A DNA stretch of 64,000 nucleotides from Trichoplax adhaerens (GCF_000150275.1 NW_002060949.1:5685535-5749534), one strand, 5' to 3'; positions 40,154 to 54,356 are shown, counted from the first letter of the stretch. The notes: generated by a model from the sequence alone, not told the origin. Made by a program: numbers and translations.

Positions 40154-40925
40154 TCGTTCCTCCTTTTTCTTATCTTATATACTGTATATATAAAAGTAAT
40201 GATAATGCTATTATAGATAGTAATGGAGCTTTCTATTCATTTTCGTGCTGCATTTTAGTAACAGCAGATGAAGATGGCGCAAACGTCAAGATTAGGCTAA
40301 GGGGGAAAATATGGTAGGATTTGACTTGACGGTAGAAACTGAAAGTTGTACGGTAAATAAAGTACGTTCAAGTAAGATTTCAATCTTGGGGAGTAATTAA
40401 ATAGTCAAAAATGTAGAGAATATTCTGTTACTTAGCCAGGCTTGATGATTGTTCTATACTACTCGTAAGTGGAAGTACGGTATGTCTTTACAAGCTGCTG
40501 CATGAAATGGCATCCAGTTTACTGCATCACTATAGAACCAGAACAGACCGTCAGTTGGTTACTACGACACACAGACAGACAGACATGGTCTTTCAATCCC
40601 ATATGTCACTTCGGTCAGACAAATGCTGCTAGGGTTTTTGCCACTGTCGATAGGGCTTCAGCTTGTGACATTGTTTTTGCTAGAAGTGTATTGTGTACTA
40701 TGTTCATCTATTAAAAAGGATGTCATCGTATACCACAGTACTTTACATTGTGTACTGTAGGGACGTTAGTGTTTAGTACTGTAATTCCTGCAGCACAGTG
40801 CTATACTGTACCATACACACTGTTATAGTACTGCGCTATGACCTTAGACTAGAAATCGCGCTTCTGCTTCTAGCTCTGTTTGAACTGTTCATCGCGTGCT
40901 AGACGTATCCTCGTGCAAATAGAAC

Positions 40926-43900
40926 ATGGCGGCGACTGTAACTCCTTTAGCAGTGGGTGGAGAAAGGACAAGTGGCGCAAATATTCGTTCTCAGAATGGT
41001 AATTGCCATAGTTATAGGGAATGATATAAATTGTGTAATTTTTAGATGAATCTACTGAATTACTAGCTAACATGATATAGATATTCATTAACTATAAGTA
41101 ACGCCGTCAACAGCGATAGAGATACGCGTAGAATCGGAGAGCGGCACTCGTAGATGGACAGTATGTACTCGTCATGACTACAGTTATTAGTGAACATAAA
41201 TGAAGAGAAATTGATCATGTAGATATTAGTATCTGTCTACTATTTTTTAATATGACAAACAAGCGGTTGGAATCGATTATACTGGCTGTATCGATAGTAA
41301 TTGAGTACTTGAGTACGGCTCCAGAGAAAACTGAAGCTTGACGCTAACGTACAGTAGATTTGGACTCTGAACAAGTGGATTTTGATGATAGCAGCGTTGG
41401 AAATTTGAATGAATCATACAGCATAATGATACGTATAGCCAGTCTTGTAACTACTATTCTACTGCGGGAATGATTATTCCACATGCAGCAATTCTTAAAA
41501 TCCTAGCTACCTAGATCTGCGATTATGTTTTATGTATGAACATATCGCCGTATATGAGATAGGATCTCGCCATTGCCGTAGTTATTGCAAGTCATTGCCA
41601 GCTGTTCGTTACGGCATTTCCTTAGGTATTTGCAATTGGATCAAATACAATTAAACTCATAAAGTATCAAGACTGCTCTACTCGACAAAAACGGTTTATG
41701 CGTCTTACCTAATTATGATTAGAAAAATGCTGTAGATATAGACGCTATTCCTAGTTTGTTAATGCTGAAGTGTTGTTGAAGAGTAACGTTCGAAGAAATG
41801 TCTAATTGAATCGTTCCATCAAGCACTTCCATCGTATATAGTGCATACAGTATACTGTGTGTGACTACAATACAACCTTCTGACTGTAGTCATTACGTTG
41901 AACCGGCATGTTTCTGTATAGGAATTGATTTGAACGTGGAGTATTTCTCGTTGCACCATAAGAGAATAATCTACCTTACGACCTAATACCGTTGCTTTAC
42001 TTAAAAAGTGCAGTACTATTATTATAAATGAATTGCTGTAATACGCTCTGTAACAAATTTGGAATAGTTAATTATTACAGAATTTCTACTGCCATGTTCT
42101 GATTTACTGTGGTTATGGCTGTAGACTGATACAGTGAAAAAGTAGTAAAATTCGTAAAATACTTCTTGGACTGTCTCAAAGTATTGGGAGTAATATTTGG
42201 ATTGAATACTGTAGCATGTTTTGTGCCAAGGAAAACCTTTCAGTTCTTGTACAGTATATTGGTATAACTTGTTATTTACGCATTGAAGTATACACGTATA
42301 TCATCATCAATTTTGTTTATACCAACATCATTACCTCAGGTGAGGCAGTCATTACCAATTTCTGTGTGGAAGTATAACGACGCAACTATTGGATTATCCT
42401 AAAATGTTTATGCAGAAACAAAATGTTGTATTGACTAATTAGAGTAATTGGAACCCGTATAAAATTTCTAAATAGTAATTATAATTGTCTATTTGATCGT
42501 CTTAGTTACTGCTGCGCTTTCGATTGCCAATATTGTCAAGAGTTCATTAGGACCAGTAGGCTTGGACAAGATGCTAGTTGATGAAGTCGGAGATGTAACA
42601 ATAACTAACGATGGTGCTACCGTATTAAAAATGTTAGAAGTTGAGCATCCAGCGGCAAAGATTCTTGTAGAGCTTGCAGATTTGCAAGATCAAGAAGTTG
42701 GAGATGGAACTACATCAGTGGTAATGCTAATAGCATTTTACGTCATAAAGTATTCCATACTAAATCGTGTGATATTTAGTTGGTGTTCTTTATTGTAACT
42801 TGAATTCTTTTAGGTAATTGTCGCCGCTGAACTTTTAAAAAATGCTGAACAATTAGTTAAGAACAAGATTCATCCGACTTCTATAATTAGTGGCTATAGG
42901 CTTGCTTGCAAGTAAGTATCAGAAACGTATTCGTAATACAATGTTGCTATTGTGCGATTAAAGTTTATTTTTATACTTTCCAGGGAAGCTTGCAAGTATA
43001 TTAACGAACATCTTAGCGTATCAGTAGAAGAATTAGGAAGTGAATGTCTTATAAACGCCGCTAAAACATCCATGTCATCTAAACTAATTGGAATGTACGG
43101 GCAGACATAAATTCATGCTCAGTAAAATCATTTTTTTTTTTAGTTTACAATGTGTACATATAGATATCGTATAGATATATACAGCAGTAAGGAATTGTGT
43201 TAGTCACCGATAGGGATTTTGTAAGCTAAAAGTAAATATAATTAGATAAGGTATCGTTGTCTTATACTGTACTGTAAATTAGTCAAGTAAGTTTTGTTCA
43301 GTAAGAATTATTTTGAAAGTTATTTTGGTATTATTGATAATAGCAAAGGACGATCGGTATCGTAATCCTCTATAACTTTTGCATGATAGGGATTCGGATT
43401 TTTTTTCTAAAATGGTTGTCGATGCTGCTCTAGCTGTTAAGAGGACGAATGCAAAAGGAGAAATCCGATGTCCTATTAAAGCTGTAAATATCCTTAAAGC
43501 ACATGGACAGAGTTCCCTGGAAAGCGAATTAGTTCGCGGTTATGCCCTCAATTGTACAGTGGCATCTCAAGGTAATTGCGAAATAATGACCCATTAATTA
43601 ATACTGTACTTGTTTATTAATGAGTATTTCTATTCTATTGGGTAGCTATGACCAAAAAGGTTGTAAAAGCAAAAATAGCTTGCCTGGATTTTAGTTTACA
43701 AAAGGTTAAAATGAAATTAGGTGTGCACGTTATTGTAGATGATCCCCAAAAGTTGGACGCTATACGTAAACGGTCCGTGAAATAATACCATTTAATAAGT
43801 AGCGTACTGTTAAAACTGCGAAAATTTGTAATTTTTGCAATATTATTGATCTATCATTAATTATCGTAGGGAGTCCGATATCACGAAAGAAAGAATCACT

Positions 43901-45095
43901 AAGATATTAAAAACTGGAGCAAATGTTGTTCTTTGTACTGGTGGAATTGATGATTTGTGTCTGAAATATTTCGTGGAAGCTAAAGCTATGGCTGTACGAC
44001 GTGTAACTAAGATTGATATGAAGCGTATAGCAAAAGCAACAGGAGGTATATAACATGATTGGTCGTATTGATAATTCAGAACAGAAAGTAATTTATAGAA
44101 TAAATTTGAATCATTGTACTGGAAGTTAAAGTGATATAAGCATGTCTTGATTTGTGCAGCAACCATGTTGTTGACGCTCGCTAACCTTGATGGTGAGGAA
44201 AGCTTTGAAGCGTCCATGCTTGGTGAAGCTGGTGAAGTTGTCCAAGATAAGATTTGTGATGATGAACTTATTGTTATCAAAGAGTAAGATGAACTTGTAT
44301 TGAAGTGTAATTGTTATTTATTAATTATTAATGGTTAGTACTAAATATAAATCGATATATCTATTGCATAGGCCAAAGTCTCGTATGGCTGCTTCTATGA
44401 TCCTTCGAGGAGCGAACGATTTCATGCTAGACGAAATGGACAGGTCGATTCATGATGCTTTGTGTGTCGTTCGGCGCGTAATTGAATCGAATGCTGTAGT
44501 TCCTGGTGGTGGGGCTGTTGAGGCGGCTTTATCGATATACTTAGAAAATTTCGCTACTTCACTGGTGAGCGGTTAATGATTCACTTATGACTCTATGATA
44601 GTAAAATTAATACCTATTCATTACAATTTATATTGAATAGAGTTCCAGGGAACAACTCGCTATTGCGGAATTTGCTAGATCCCTATTGGTTATACCGAAA
44701 ACGTTGAGTGTTAACGCGGCTCAAGATGCAACTGAACTTGTAGCAAAGTTAAGAGCATGCCACAGTAGCTCGCAAACGGATTCTAAGCTTGCAAGTCTTA
44801 AATGGTATTTTGCATTGTTTACTTATATGACGTTTAAGTTATATTAAGCAATATTTGCTAATTGTAAGTATTTTCTATCCAAAGGATGGGTTTGGATTTG
44901 GTTGATGGGATAATTAGAGATAACAAAGGTGCTGGTGTTTTAGAACCAACTATCAGTAAAACTAAGAGTTTAAAGTTTGCCACTGAAGCTGCTATTACTA
45001 TACTACGAATCGATGATATGATTAAACTTTATCCTGATGAAAAACCAGATGCAGGCCAATCGTATCAAGATGCCGTTGCATCAGGACGTCTTTAA
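40926..45095 (+). CDS. TCP1: T-complex protein 1 subunit alpha (CCT1), about 10 exons
   Basis: Exon 1 [24 protein letters not shown] (40926-40998), then [74 protein letters not shown]. Confidence 0.98.
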
Positions 45096-46494
45096 GCGTA
45101 TCCCTGATTATCGATCATAAAATCTTTGGCGTTGCATCTTAACGTGCTAAATTTATTATGATTTACCTTTTTGATAACCTGTATTGTTCGATAGTGCTGT
45201 AATTGAAACTTTCGAGGAGATTGCTGTGGCTAATATTTGGAATCTGTGTTGTTGCGCTGAAGTAAATTCGGCACTATAGTTCTTTTTATCTAATTTTATT
45301 ATTCCTTTGAAATATGCAATTGATTATTAAGTATTAGCCTTACTAATATAATTGATAATGAATTAATGAAACGATATGGCGATAACTTTATCTTCACGAT
45401 AGTGATTTTAAAATCGTCATAATTTCTTTTAGTTCTTGACGTTTCATAATAAATCTAATATTGCTAAACGTTTCCCGGCAATGCTTATACTGATTGATTT
45501 CAAACAAGATTGAACTAAAAGCCCGATTTTATATAGTATTTAATATTTTTCAAGTTTATGTTTAAGTTTCCATATACATTTGCAATCGTTTACAGTGCAA
45601 TTATGGCGCTGTTTAGTTAAATCTATTTAGCGATACTAGTCGATCGAAGGATGTCATTCAAGTAGTTCGTGAGCCCTAAACATAAAATTAGATTAGATCT
45701 ATTCTACAGGTTGTAGTTTTATTCTCTACTACTGGGGAGGTTAAGTTATACGAATCCCGGAACCATGCAAGCTATTGTCGGTGTTATTATGAGTAATACA
45801 AGAGTGATATTTTTGGTGTTGCTGTTTCACCTAAGGTTCTACTTTTAAGGAATTCCATTTTTGACTCTTTAGGTGTAGATTAATATGAGAAAATTCAAGG
45901 CGGTAACTTGTTCAGTTACAGGGCTCTTTAGTGTATTATCGTTTCTTGAAGTAAATAAAGTCTTAGTTCAAAGTAGCCCATTTTGATTGATTTGGATTAT
46001 TCAAAATTTAAAGATGACTAAAGCATCGATTGATTGGATTAAAGCATGCTTGTCTATTAATACTCATATGTGCATTTTAGTTCATCCAACATTTTAAGCT
46101 GATACCTCGACCTTGGTGACAATATTGCAGCATTCCCTAATAAGCATACGCTCGTATAGGTACAGAAAGGGGAAGAATGCTTGCTAGCAGTCTCCATTGT
46201 CTTAGCAATGACAAAAATGAAAATAACCATACTCATCTACAGTAATTATTTAACGTAATGGAGCAATATAATGTGTACACTTGCAAAGTAGACACAAAAT
46301 ATCCTTCTTGACTTTCATTCAATTTTGGATCGTATTAGCAAACTTAACAGCACTGCTCTACAACAACGATCGTTCAGATTGTCTCCCCATCATCGTCGTG
46401 GTCAATCGACCGCCTATTGTATGTCGTATACATGCACTACTGCACACTCTACAGTATCAAACAGGTCTGCAAAATAGCGACAGCCACTCAAAGT

Positions 46495-46622
46495 GTACAG
46501 TGCATGGATTTACTATACCAGGACAGTACTACAGTACATAGTACAGTAGCACATAGTGATTTTCACTCCAGTGCCATACAGTGTACAGTACGAGATACTG
46601 TAAGACTAATACTTGATACTGT
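46495..46622. repeat. CAGTA/TACTG-rich tract upstream of ERGIC3
   Basis: GTACAGT/CAGTAC repeats 90-220 bp before the ATG at 46711. Confidence 0.6.
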
Positions 46623-46710
46623 GGCTGCGGCTAGAGCTTCAAAATTCGCTTCCGATCCAACATCCATTTGACATCGAAATCGGAGAAGTGCTGGTATCTT
46701 GTAGAGCGAT

Positions 46711-49700
46711 ATGAGCTCAAAATCGGTTTTAACATCTCTTCGTAGGTATGATGCTTTTCCAAAGACCTTGGAAGATTTTAGGATAAGGACATTCGGTGGA
46801 GCAACCAGTAAGCGTTTCAATATTGTATTTTTAAGCAATAGGAGGTACTTAATACTTAGTGTAGAACAATGGTATTGAGTTCATTTGGATTCTATCGATA
46901 GATTCGTACTGTACAGTATAAACAGGAACAGGAGACAAACTTCCACTTTGCTTTTTCTTATAGAAGCATTAATATACTGTAGATTGATACATTTATATCA
47001 GTAATAATCATCTCGATACCGTAAAAGAGTAACGGATGAGCTTGAGTTATACAATGGCTCTTCTTCTCTAGTTTATGCAACTATATAAAACTGTGGTTTA
47101 ACCGCACTGTATTTATTTGGATCATACTAACAATTAGTATTAAGTGGACGAAGTGGTAAATAGCGTTGATGATCGTTCCAGCCCTCTAATTCTTATCCAT
47201 ACATCGCTGTAGATCAGCAGATTTTCAATCTCGATATGGATTAATATACGAGTCAAACATTTTTGCATAGATTTATTCCACAATAGTCAGTTGACATGTG
47301 AGCAAAGTCTCGCTTTCTAATCTCGAAATGGTACTGACTAGAGTACTCTTGTCAGCTTACAAGATAATTACAGTACTAGTTATGGCAGAGAGCGAACAGT
47401 GATGAAACCTGTCTAGTTTATACTCTCCGCATTTCTGATCGTATAATAATACTACTAATAAGAATCATCTATTATCTTTTTCCCTGATTGACAAACAAGT
47501 AAACCCGAATGGAGATATCGATACCAACCCCCATATCTCAAATACGAAAGAGCGTGAAGGCTGTGCTGTACAGTGTACATACAGTATTTACCAGCAGTAC
47601 TTTACTCACGATTATTCGCTTCCATATACAGTACATTAACTCTCTTTTTAAAATTCAAAGATCGGTATAGCTAAAATCGCGTAAATTAAAATTTTCTGTC
47701 ATTCTCTGATACTCTAGAACCTTAGAATCCAAATTCTTTGTTCAATCAAGGTCTTGTAAAATATTTATAACTAATCCACCATTGTACAACCTAACCTATA
47801 CTATTACCTATATTACTACAGTTCATACAATAACCTAATATACCGACTACCTTAAAAATACACTAGACATTACATGCATTCTACACGAAAGCCAGATAGC
47901 AAAAACAACTTAGGGATTGCATTAACGCATCTTAGCTTATAGCAATCTGAATTTATATAACTTTATATGATTACCGCTAGTTCCTCTAAGAATGACGACT
48001 GATAGTTCTTGAGGAAAAATCTGGAAATTTTAGATAATTATTAAATAAATTTCGACGTCTGATTAATGATGAACATTTATTTAACAGAACATGCTGTACC
48101 CTGCAATATCTTTGCGTGATATTGAAGTCTTACTATGTCTATACTGTGCTTAACTGTTATTTTTTCTTCGCAGTTACCATCGTAAGTGCTGTAATTATGC
48201 TCTTGCTATTTGTCTCTGAGATGAATTATTACTTATCGGTTGAGGTAAGAAATAGATAGCTATCGTATATAACTTTTTGACCATAAAATACTCGTCCCGT
48301 ATTGCATTAACAGTACGTATACGAGTAAATCGAGAATGTATTTAGATTCAAAGATTAGCTTTTCAACATGTTTTATTTATAATCCGGTCTTTATTTTAAA
48401 ATTGATGTATTTACCTAAGTCAGATAGGATATTGTAAATTATCATAAGTCGATCAAATTAATTTTTTTAGACGGTCGCTGTGTTTAATATAGTACACACA
48501 TTTCACACCAATATAACACCTATATCTATTTTTTATTCTAACACAGATTAATCTCATTTTTCCTTCGTAGGTAACTTCGGAACTCTTTGTAGATACTTCT
48601 AGAGGCGAAAAAATAAAGATATATATGAATGTAACCTTTCCGAAAATGGCATGTGCAAGTAAAAACTGTAGATGAAATTTATCTCTATCTAAATCTAAAT
48701 CTTCGTTTAACATTTCATTATATAGCTAATAGTGAGGTATCTAGTACTCAAGTTTAAGATTGTTTTTACATTTCAAGTACTTAGTGTAGATACAATGGAT
48801 GTTGCTGGTATGCAACAACTAGATATCAAGCAAAATTTAATGAAACGGCGCATAGATGAGAATGGTAAACCTACAGGAGATGTTATAGTGCAAAGTAAGT
48901 AGTTTTTGCTATTGCTACCGCAAATATCATTCTTCTGCACTTGTCTTTATAGTATGTTAACACCAGTTGCTACATTTTGTTTGTTCAGATTGCTTGTTTA
49001 ACTGCTATATTCGTATTTTATTATTCATTTATTTAAGAAATCAGCAACACAACTACCGACTCTAAGGTTAGCTGGTCAAATAGTGAACGTCAATGATGAG
49101 CTCGATATAGCATAGATCTATTTGTCTGAATGACTACCTTTAATCTCCTAGGCTGTTCAAAAGAATAAAACTAAATGTGGATCCTGCTATGGAGCTGAAA
49201 ATGCTGAGATGAAGTTAGATTATTTCTATACCCGTGCGAAATTTGTAGCATAAGAAATTTTTTGGATTTTGTGTTTACTTGTGTGATCTTTACACGGTAT
49301 CAGATGTTGCAATTCATGTGAAGATGTCAGGGAAGCTTACCGAAAAAAAGGTTGGGCCTTAACCAGCCCTGAAGGTATAGAGCAGGTTCGTTGTTATCAA
49401 ATAGGCATTGTTTATTCATACTGTTAATTGTAGGAAATTCGTAAAACATTATAATGATGTGGCATCTTACTTTTAAAGTTTGCAAGCATGACCGTTCTGA
49501 CTAATATTGTAAATAGAATTTAGAATTTGATACAAATTCTAATGATTGATATAAATTTCTTTGAAGTGTCAAGAAGAAGGATGGGCTCAAATGTTAAAAG
49601 AGCAAGAAAAGGAAGGTTGCAATGTATTCGGTTATTTAGAAGTTAATAAGGTAGTTTCAAGTTTGCATTGTAGTGATATAGTAACCTACTAGATATTCCG

Positions 49701-50958
49701 TGAAATTATGTCTTAGCATTTGAACTATTATTAAGGATTTTTTGTCCAATGAACCAATTTTAGGTTGCTGGTAACTTTCACTTCGCTCCTGGGAAGAGTT
49801 TCCAACAGCATCGTGTTCATGGTAACGCTTGACTTCATAGTTTGGCAATTTACACATAGCTTCCATGACAAGTATTGATTTGTAAGATAAACTTTTTCTT
49901 TTACTTAATTTAGTACATGATTTGCAGTCATTTGGATCACGCAAGGTAATGTGAAAGTAAATTAGTCTGCCTTTTTTGCTAGTAATGTATTTTTGAGTTC
50001 TAATGAATTGCTGATCTTACTCTTATTTGGACCCACTACGTACATAAAACTAGTTTAATACGTCTCATACCATTCACAAATTGTCATTTGGAGAGGAATT
50101 TCCTGGAATTATAAATCCATTAGATGGCCATCGAATGTCTTCTGATCAAGGTAAACCATGAAAGTCTTTATTATCGCTAATACTATTTATTAATGAGAAT
50201 AAATTCTTTAGATTCAGCTATGTACCAATACTTTATTAAAGTCGTTCCGACCGTTTATAAAAAGTTAAAAGGCGAGGTAAAATCTATTCAAACTTATGCT
50301 TTCTTAGCTTACGGTTTGATTACTTATTCTGGAAAGAATTTCTTTTAATTAGGAAGTCAAAAGCAACCAGTACTCAGTAACCAAGCATTTGAAGTATATT
50401 AAACTTAGTATGGGTGAGCAAGGTCTTCCAGGCGTCTTTATTTCGTATGAACTTTCTCCCATGATAATCCGGTATGCCGAAAGAAGAAAGTAAGTGCGAT
50501 AAACTTATTTGCTAAGATCAAATTATAGATTGTACGTATTACGGTAGACAGAATTGCTCAACTTGGTATTAATTGTCTAGAGCACATATTATATATTGAA
50601 TGATTGCTATAGTCAAGCACTAACAGCAGTACTCGTATATTGGATATTGTTCAATACTTGTTTGATTTAGTTATATTTATACTTATGGGGATCCATTACA
50701 TTGTTTTAGGTCTTTCGCTCATTTTTTAACTGGTGTCTGCGCAATTATCGGTGGTGTATTCACAGGTATTCACTAAGAATCTATAATTGTAATTTTGCTG
50801 CTTAATAACTTATAACTCGATTGTATCATGATTTATTATGTAAGTATTAAACGTATAAATTATCGCTTTTTCTTTCAATTACAGTTGCCAGCTTGATTGA
50901 TGCTATGGTATATCATTCTGCGAAGATGTTAAAGATTGAGTTAGGAAAAGCATCATAG
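46711..50958 (+). CDS. ERGIC3: ER-Golgi intermediate compartment protein 3 (Erv46 homolog), about 15 short exons
   Basis: LRRYDAFPKTLEDFRIRTFGGAT, ELFVDTSRG, CGSCYGAE, CCNSCEDVREAYRKKGWA, LEVNKVAGNFHFAPGKSF, GLPGVFISYELSPM, HFLTGVCAIIGGVFTVA, KIELGKAS*. Absent from the ORF track. Confidence 0.97.
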
Positions 50959-52893
50959 TGACTTGTGGTTTTCATATATCACTCTATGACAATTTTATAC
51001 TCACACAATAAGCAATCCTTCTCAGGGATGGTGAAGGATACGCACTTCTCGACTTTGTATTCTTAACTGTTATTCATATGTTGTAAATACAGCATAGATA
51101 AATAAATTTTTTTAAGTGTTTATTGAGAACGTCACTTCAATATTCGAAGCAGGCATAATCGTCCGAAGTCATTTTTATATTGTGCATGGACATGAATTAG
51201 TGTGTGAGTGAACTTTTTCCTGATCTACCGCTTTGGTTTTCGTAATCTGAGCCTTGGTCGTGAAATCTGTACGTCTACTTTCAAATGCCTTAGTCGCTGT
51301 AGTATTAATCATGTCGATTTTTTTCTTATTATGTATTATTGATATTTTAAAGATTATTAATAGTTAAATCGTTATTAGTACAGTGGTATGCGGCAGTGAC
51401 AGGAAGAAAAATAATGTACTGTATATGTTCTATGTTGTCAACATAAGTGAAATGCCACCTTCATCTAGTCCTGTAAAGATCCAGTTTAAAGGAGGAGGTT
51501 GTCATTGCCGAATAATGTTACATCATTTTCACATTTGTAATGTAATGTACGATATAGTATGTGCGGAAATAATCCAAATATGCTGGAAAGCTATCGAAGC
51601 CTTTAACGATACCATTACTATGTCAGAACGAGATCATCGCATGTGAAGGTTATCATTAATATGGTATACTGCTTTAGCTCAGCGTTATTTAACTTTTAAA
51701 ATCACTCACTATAAATTATTACGATTTAACGTGGTTTGCCTCTTCTTGTAAGCTTTCCTTGAGCGACCAAAAAAACAGTCTAATTTTACCAGGGGAATGT
51801 TGATTATAAAACATTCATTTCAGATACCTAAAGTACACATATTGGATATACTTTGTGAAATGGAAGTAATTAAATCATTCATTCACCCACAGATGCGCGT
51901 AAGGATGAATGAACATTTTCATGCTGTACATTGAAATATAATAGTGGAATTATTTATTATCATTCCGGTAAATTCGAAATATCAGATATTTCATAAACAA
52001 CAGAATTTCTAATCACAGAAAGATAAATAGACACACTTTCGATCGAGAAACAGTGTCACTGGTATAATACATTGTACTGTACTGTACATACGTACGAAGA
52101 TTACGTCCGTGATTTACTAACAAATGGTACAATTGAGGAAAGAGTAATAGAATAATAAATTTAACTTTAAACAAAGGTCACCGATGCCAATAATACGTGT
52201 CTTGCTTTAGGATTAAGTCTGCTCGATAGAGTAGCACAAATCTGCGCAAACAATTAAGCACTTCATACACGAAATTAAAGCAAGATTTATCCGTTCAAGA
52301 AATTGACAACAAATACCACTCTATTCGCATCTGAAATAGCATCGGTAAAACAATACTAATATAACGTTAATTTTTACTCGGAGTGAAGATATTTTGCTAC
52401 GCATGAATAACAAACGGTGCATATAGGAAAATTTCTGCTTTTGATTTTTTCTGAAAGGGATTAAAATGTCTTTCCAAATAAAAGTGAAGTATTCTTGCGA
52501 CATTGTAATGTCATCATTCGTTTACTGTTAGAAATGAATTCATCGGTATAAACTATACATTTATAGATTACTTATAGATCCTAGAACTCATTTAAAAAAA
52601 TATATTTTAATATCAAAATTGCTGTATTCAAGTATTGGCGGAGATAAGAAATTAAGAACAGTTTGGTAATGGCAAGTAGGTATACTTTACAACAGTCGTT
52701 TCTCGTACCCATAATTTCATACTAAGTGGAGAAATGTAGGAATGCTATGGCCACTTTCAAGTGTTTACGCTTAACATGCTTTCCTAATTGAAAAAAAGAC
52801 ATTTATCCTATTTCATCTCCTTCTGAGTGCGAGAGGTAGAGTATCCATCAACTGCAGCTGTAGTATACGTATCTCGTACATCATTTGCATCGG

Positions 52894-53637
52894 TCACTGC
52901 TGCATCGCTTCTTGGTATTGGGAAGTCAACGATTCAACGGGTATATCCATGAGATCAGAAACAAGCCGGAGAATTTCCATTTTGTCTACTTCTACTCGCG
53001 ATCGCTGACCCCAGGAGTATTCGATGATAAATTCACCATTGACAAGTTCTTTAGTACGATGTAAATACATGGTTTTTACAAACTGATCAATCTTTTTGGA
53101 GATGTCACCAAATACATAATGAGGTTTACGTTTATCAAATTCAAGGAGGGCTTGCAGCTTATCTACTAAATCGGTTTCTTTCATCGTGCCTCCTATCATA
53201 AAGATGATGGCTAATATGATTGTCAACAGTCCATATTCTTCAATATGATCGGTGCTATTAATGATATTTTGGTTTTCCGTTGGCAAAGTGTTACGCAGAA
53301 AATAGCGATTTTCGGCAGAAGTTTTGGTTTTTTCCTTGATGGATTCGTCGCCTTGATCACGAGATATAGCCACTACTTCTACACCAAAAACTTTCAACAG
53401 TTCGTCTTTCGCTAACGTCATGACTTTATCGAAATATTTTTTATAATCGAAAAGCACATCCTTTAAAATATCTGATCTTTTAATTGGAGTTCGATTACAC
53501 TGTTTAAATAGAAAGTAGCGAACTAGCTCCGTGGATAATGTTGACAAGTCAGCATTTGAATTTTGTGATTGGATTGCCATACCTTGGCTTGAAGTCGGGG
53601 TATTGGAGTCATCGACATCCATTGGTTCATCAGCCAT
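52894..53637 (-). CDS. NSMCE3: MAGE-domain protein / SMC5-6 subunit NSE3, single coding exon
   Basis: ELVRYFLFK..PIKRSDILKDV, LLKVFGVEV, GLLTIILAIIFM.G, HYVFGD, YSWGQRS: a complete MAGE homology domain. Confidence 0.9.
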   Translation of the reverse strand: MADEPMDVDDSNTPTSSQGMAIQSQNSNADLSTLSTELVRYFLFKQCNRTPIKRSDILKDVLFDYKKYFDKVMTLAKDELLKVFGVEVVAISRDQGDESIKEKTKTSAENRYFLRNTLPTENQNIINSTDHIEEYGLLTIILAIIFMIGGTMKETDLVDKLQALLEFDKRKPHYVFGDISKKIDQFVKTMYLHRTKELVNGEFIIEYSWGQRSRVEVDKMEILRLVSDLMDIPVESLTSQYQEAMQQ

Positions 53638-53907
53638 TTCGATCAGGAATGTTCGATTATCGTGTCGTGTACTTGTATATTTACAAAGGCGTATGGGATT
53701 GCCAATTCCACAGTAGCTTTACTTCAGTTAAGAGGATATCTTCCAATACAGTAATCAATGATGGAGATGTCAGTTTAAAACTAGATGACCTAGACTACAG
53801 GTAAGCAACTGGAAAGATGGCGGTATACCTGGATTTCGCGTATTAATGTCTGTTTGCTTTCGTTTCAGCCGTAGCACAGGTTGGTTGGCGCCTTGGCGGG
53901 CAGGTGC

Positions 53908-54356
53908 GGCAAAGTACAGTGTACTGTACTGTAGAGTCTATAATGTACTGTAGACTACTGTACTGTACTGTACTGTAATCACTATACCAGTACGTACAGA
54001 CGTACAGTACAGTATAGACATGATATTTAGCAGCATTCGGCTGGTTAAAAGATACGGCAAAGTACAGTACAGTACAGTACAGTATAGTACAGTACTGTAG
54101 AGTCTACAGTACAATGTAGACTACAGTACTGTACAACTGTAATTAGGACTGACTGTAATCACCAATACCTTACGTACAGACGTACAGACGTGACATTCAG
54201 CAGCAGTACTGTACACTGTACAGTACTGTATACTGTAGAGTTTACTGTACAATGTACTGTAGACTACTATACTGTACTGTACTGTAATTACCATACCTGT
54301 ACGTACAGACGTGCAGACGTGACATTCAGCAGCATTCATCGGCTGGTTAAAAGATA
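53908..54356. repeat. Compound CAGTA/TACTG array with ~3 copies of a TAATCAC..TACC..TACGTACAGACGT..GACATTCAGCAGCA unit
   Basis: Unit cores near 53975, 54155 and 54284. CGGCTGGTTAAAAGATA occurs twice. Lies between divergent NSMCE3 and the ArfGAP gene. Confidence 0.88.

Noticed and set aside
47399-47486. GTGATGA...CTGA...CTGA in ERGIC3 intron 1 as a C/D snoRNA
   Set aside because: No convincing terminal stem and no recognisable rRNA/snRNA antisense element.
51177-52503. Short minus-strand open frames between ERGIC3 and NSMCE3
   Set aside because: Could not be joined into a stop-free spliced model and show no recognisable motif. An orphan gene cannot be excluded without RNA data.
2404-53804. 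ORFs antisense to real exons (2404, 12766, 23168, 25628, 29488, 33532, 43861, 46563, 48453, 49657, 53531)
   Set aside because: Shadow frames of conserved coding exons on the opposite strand.
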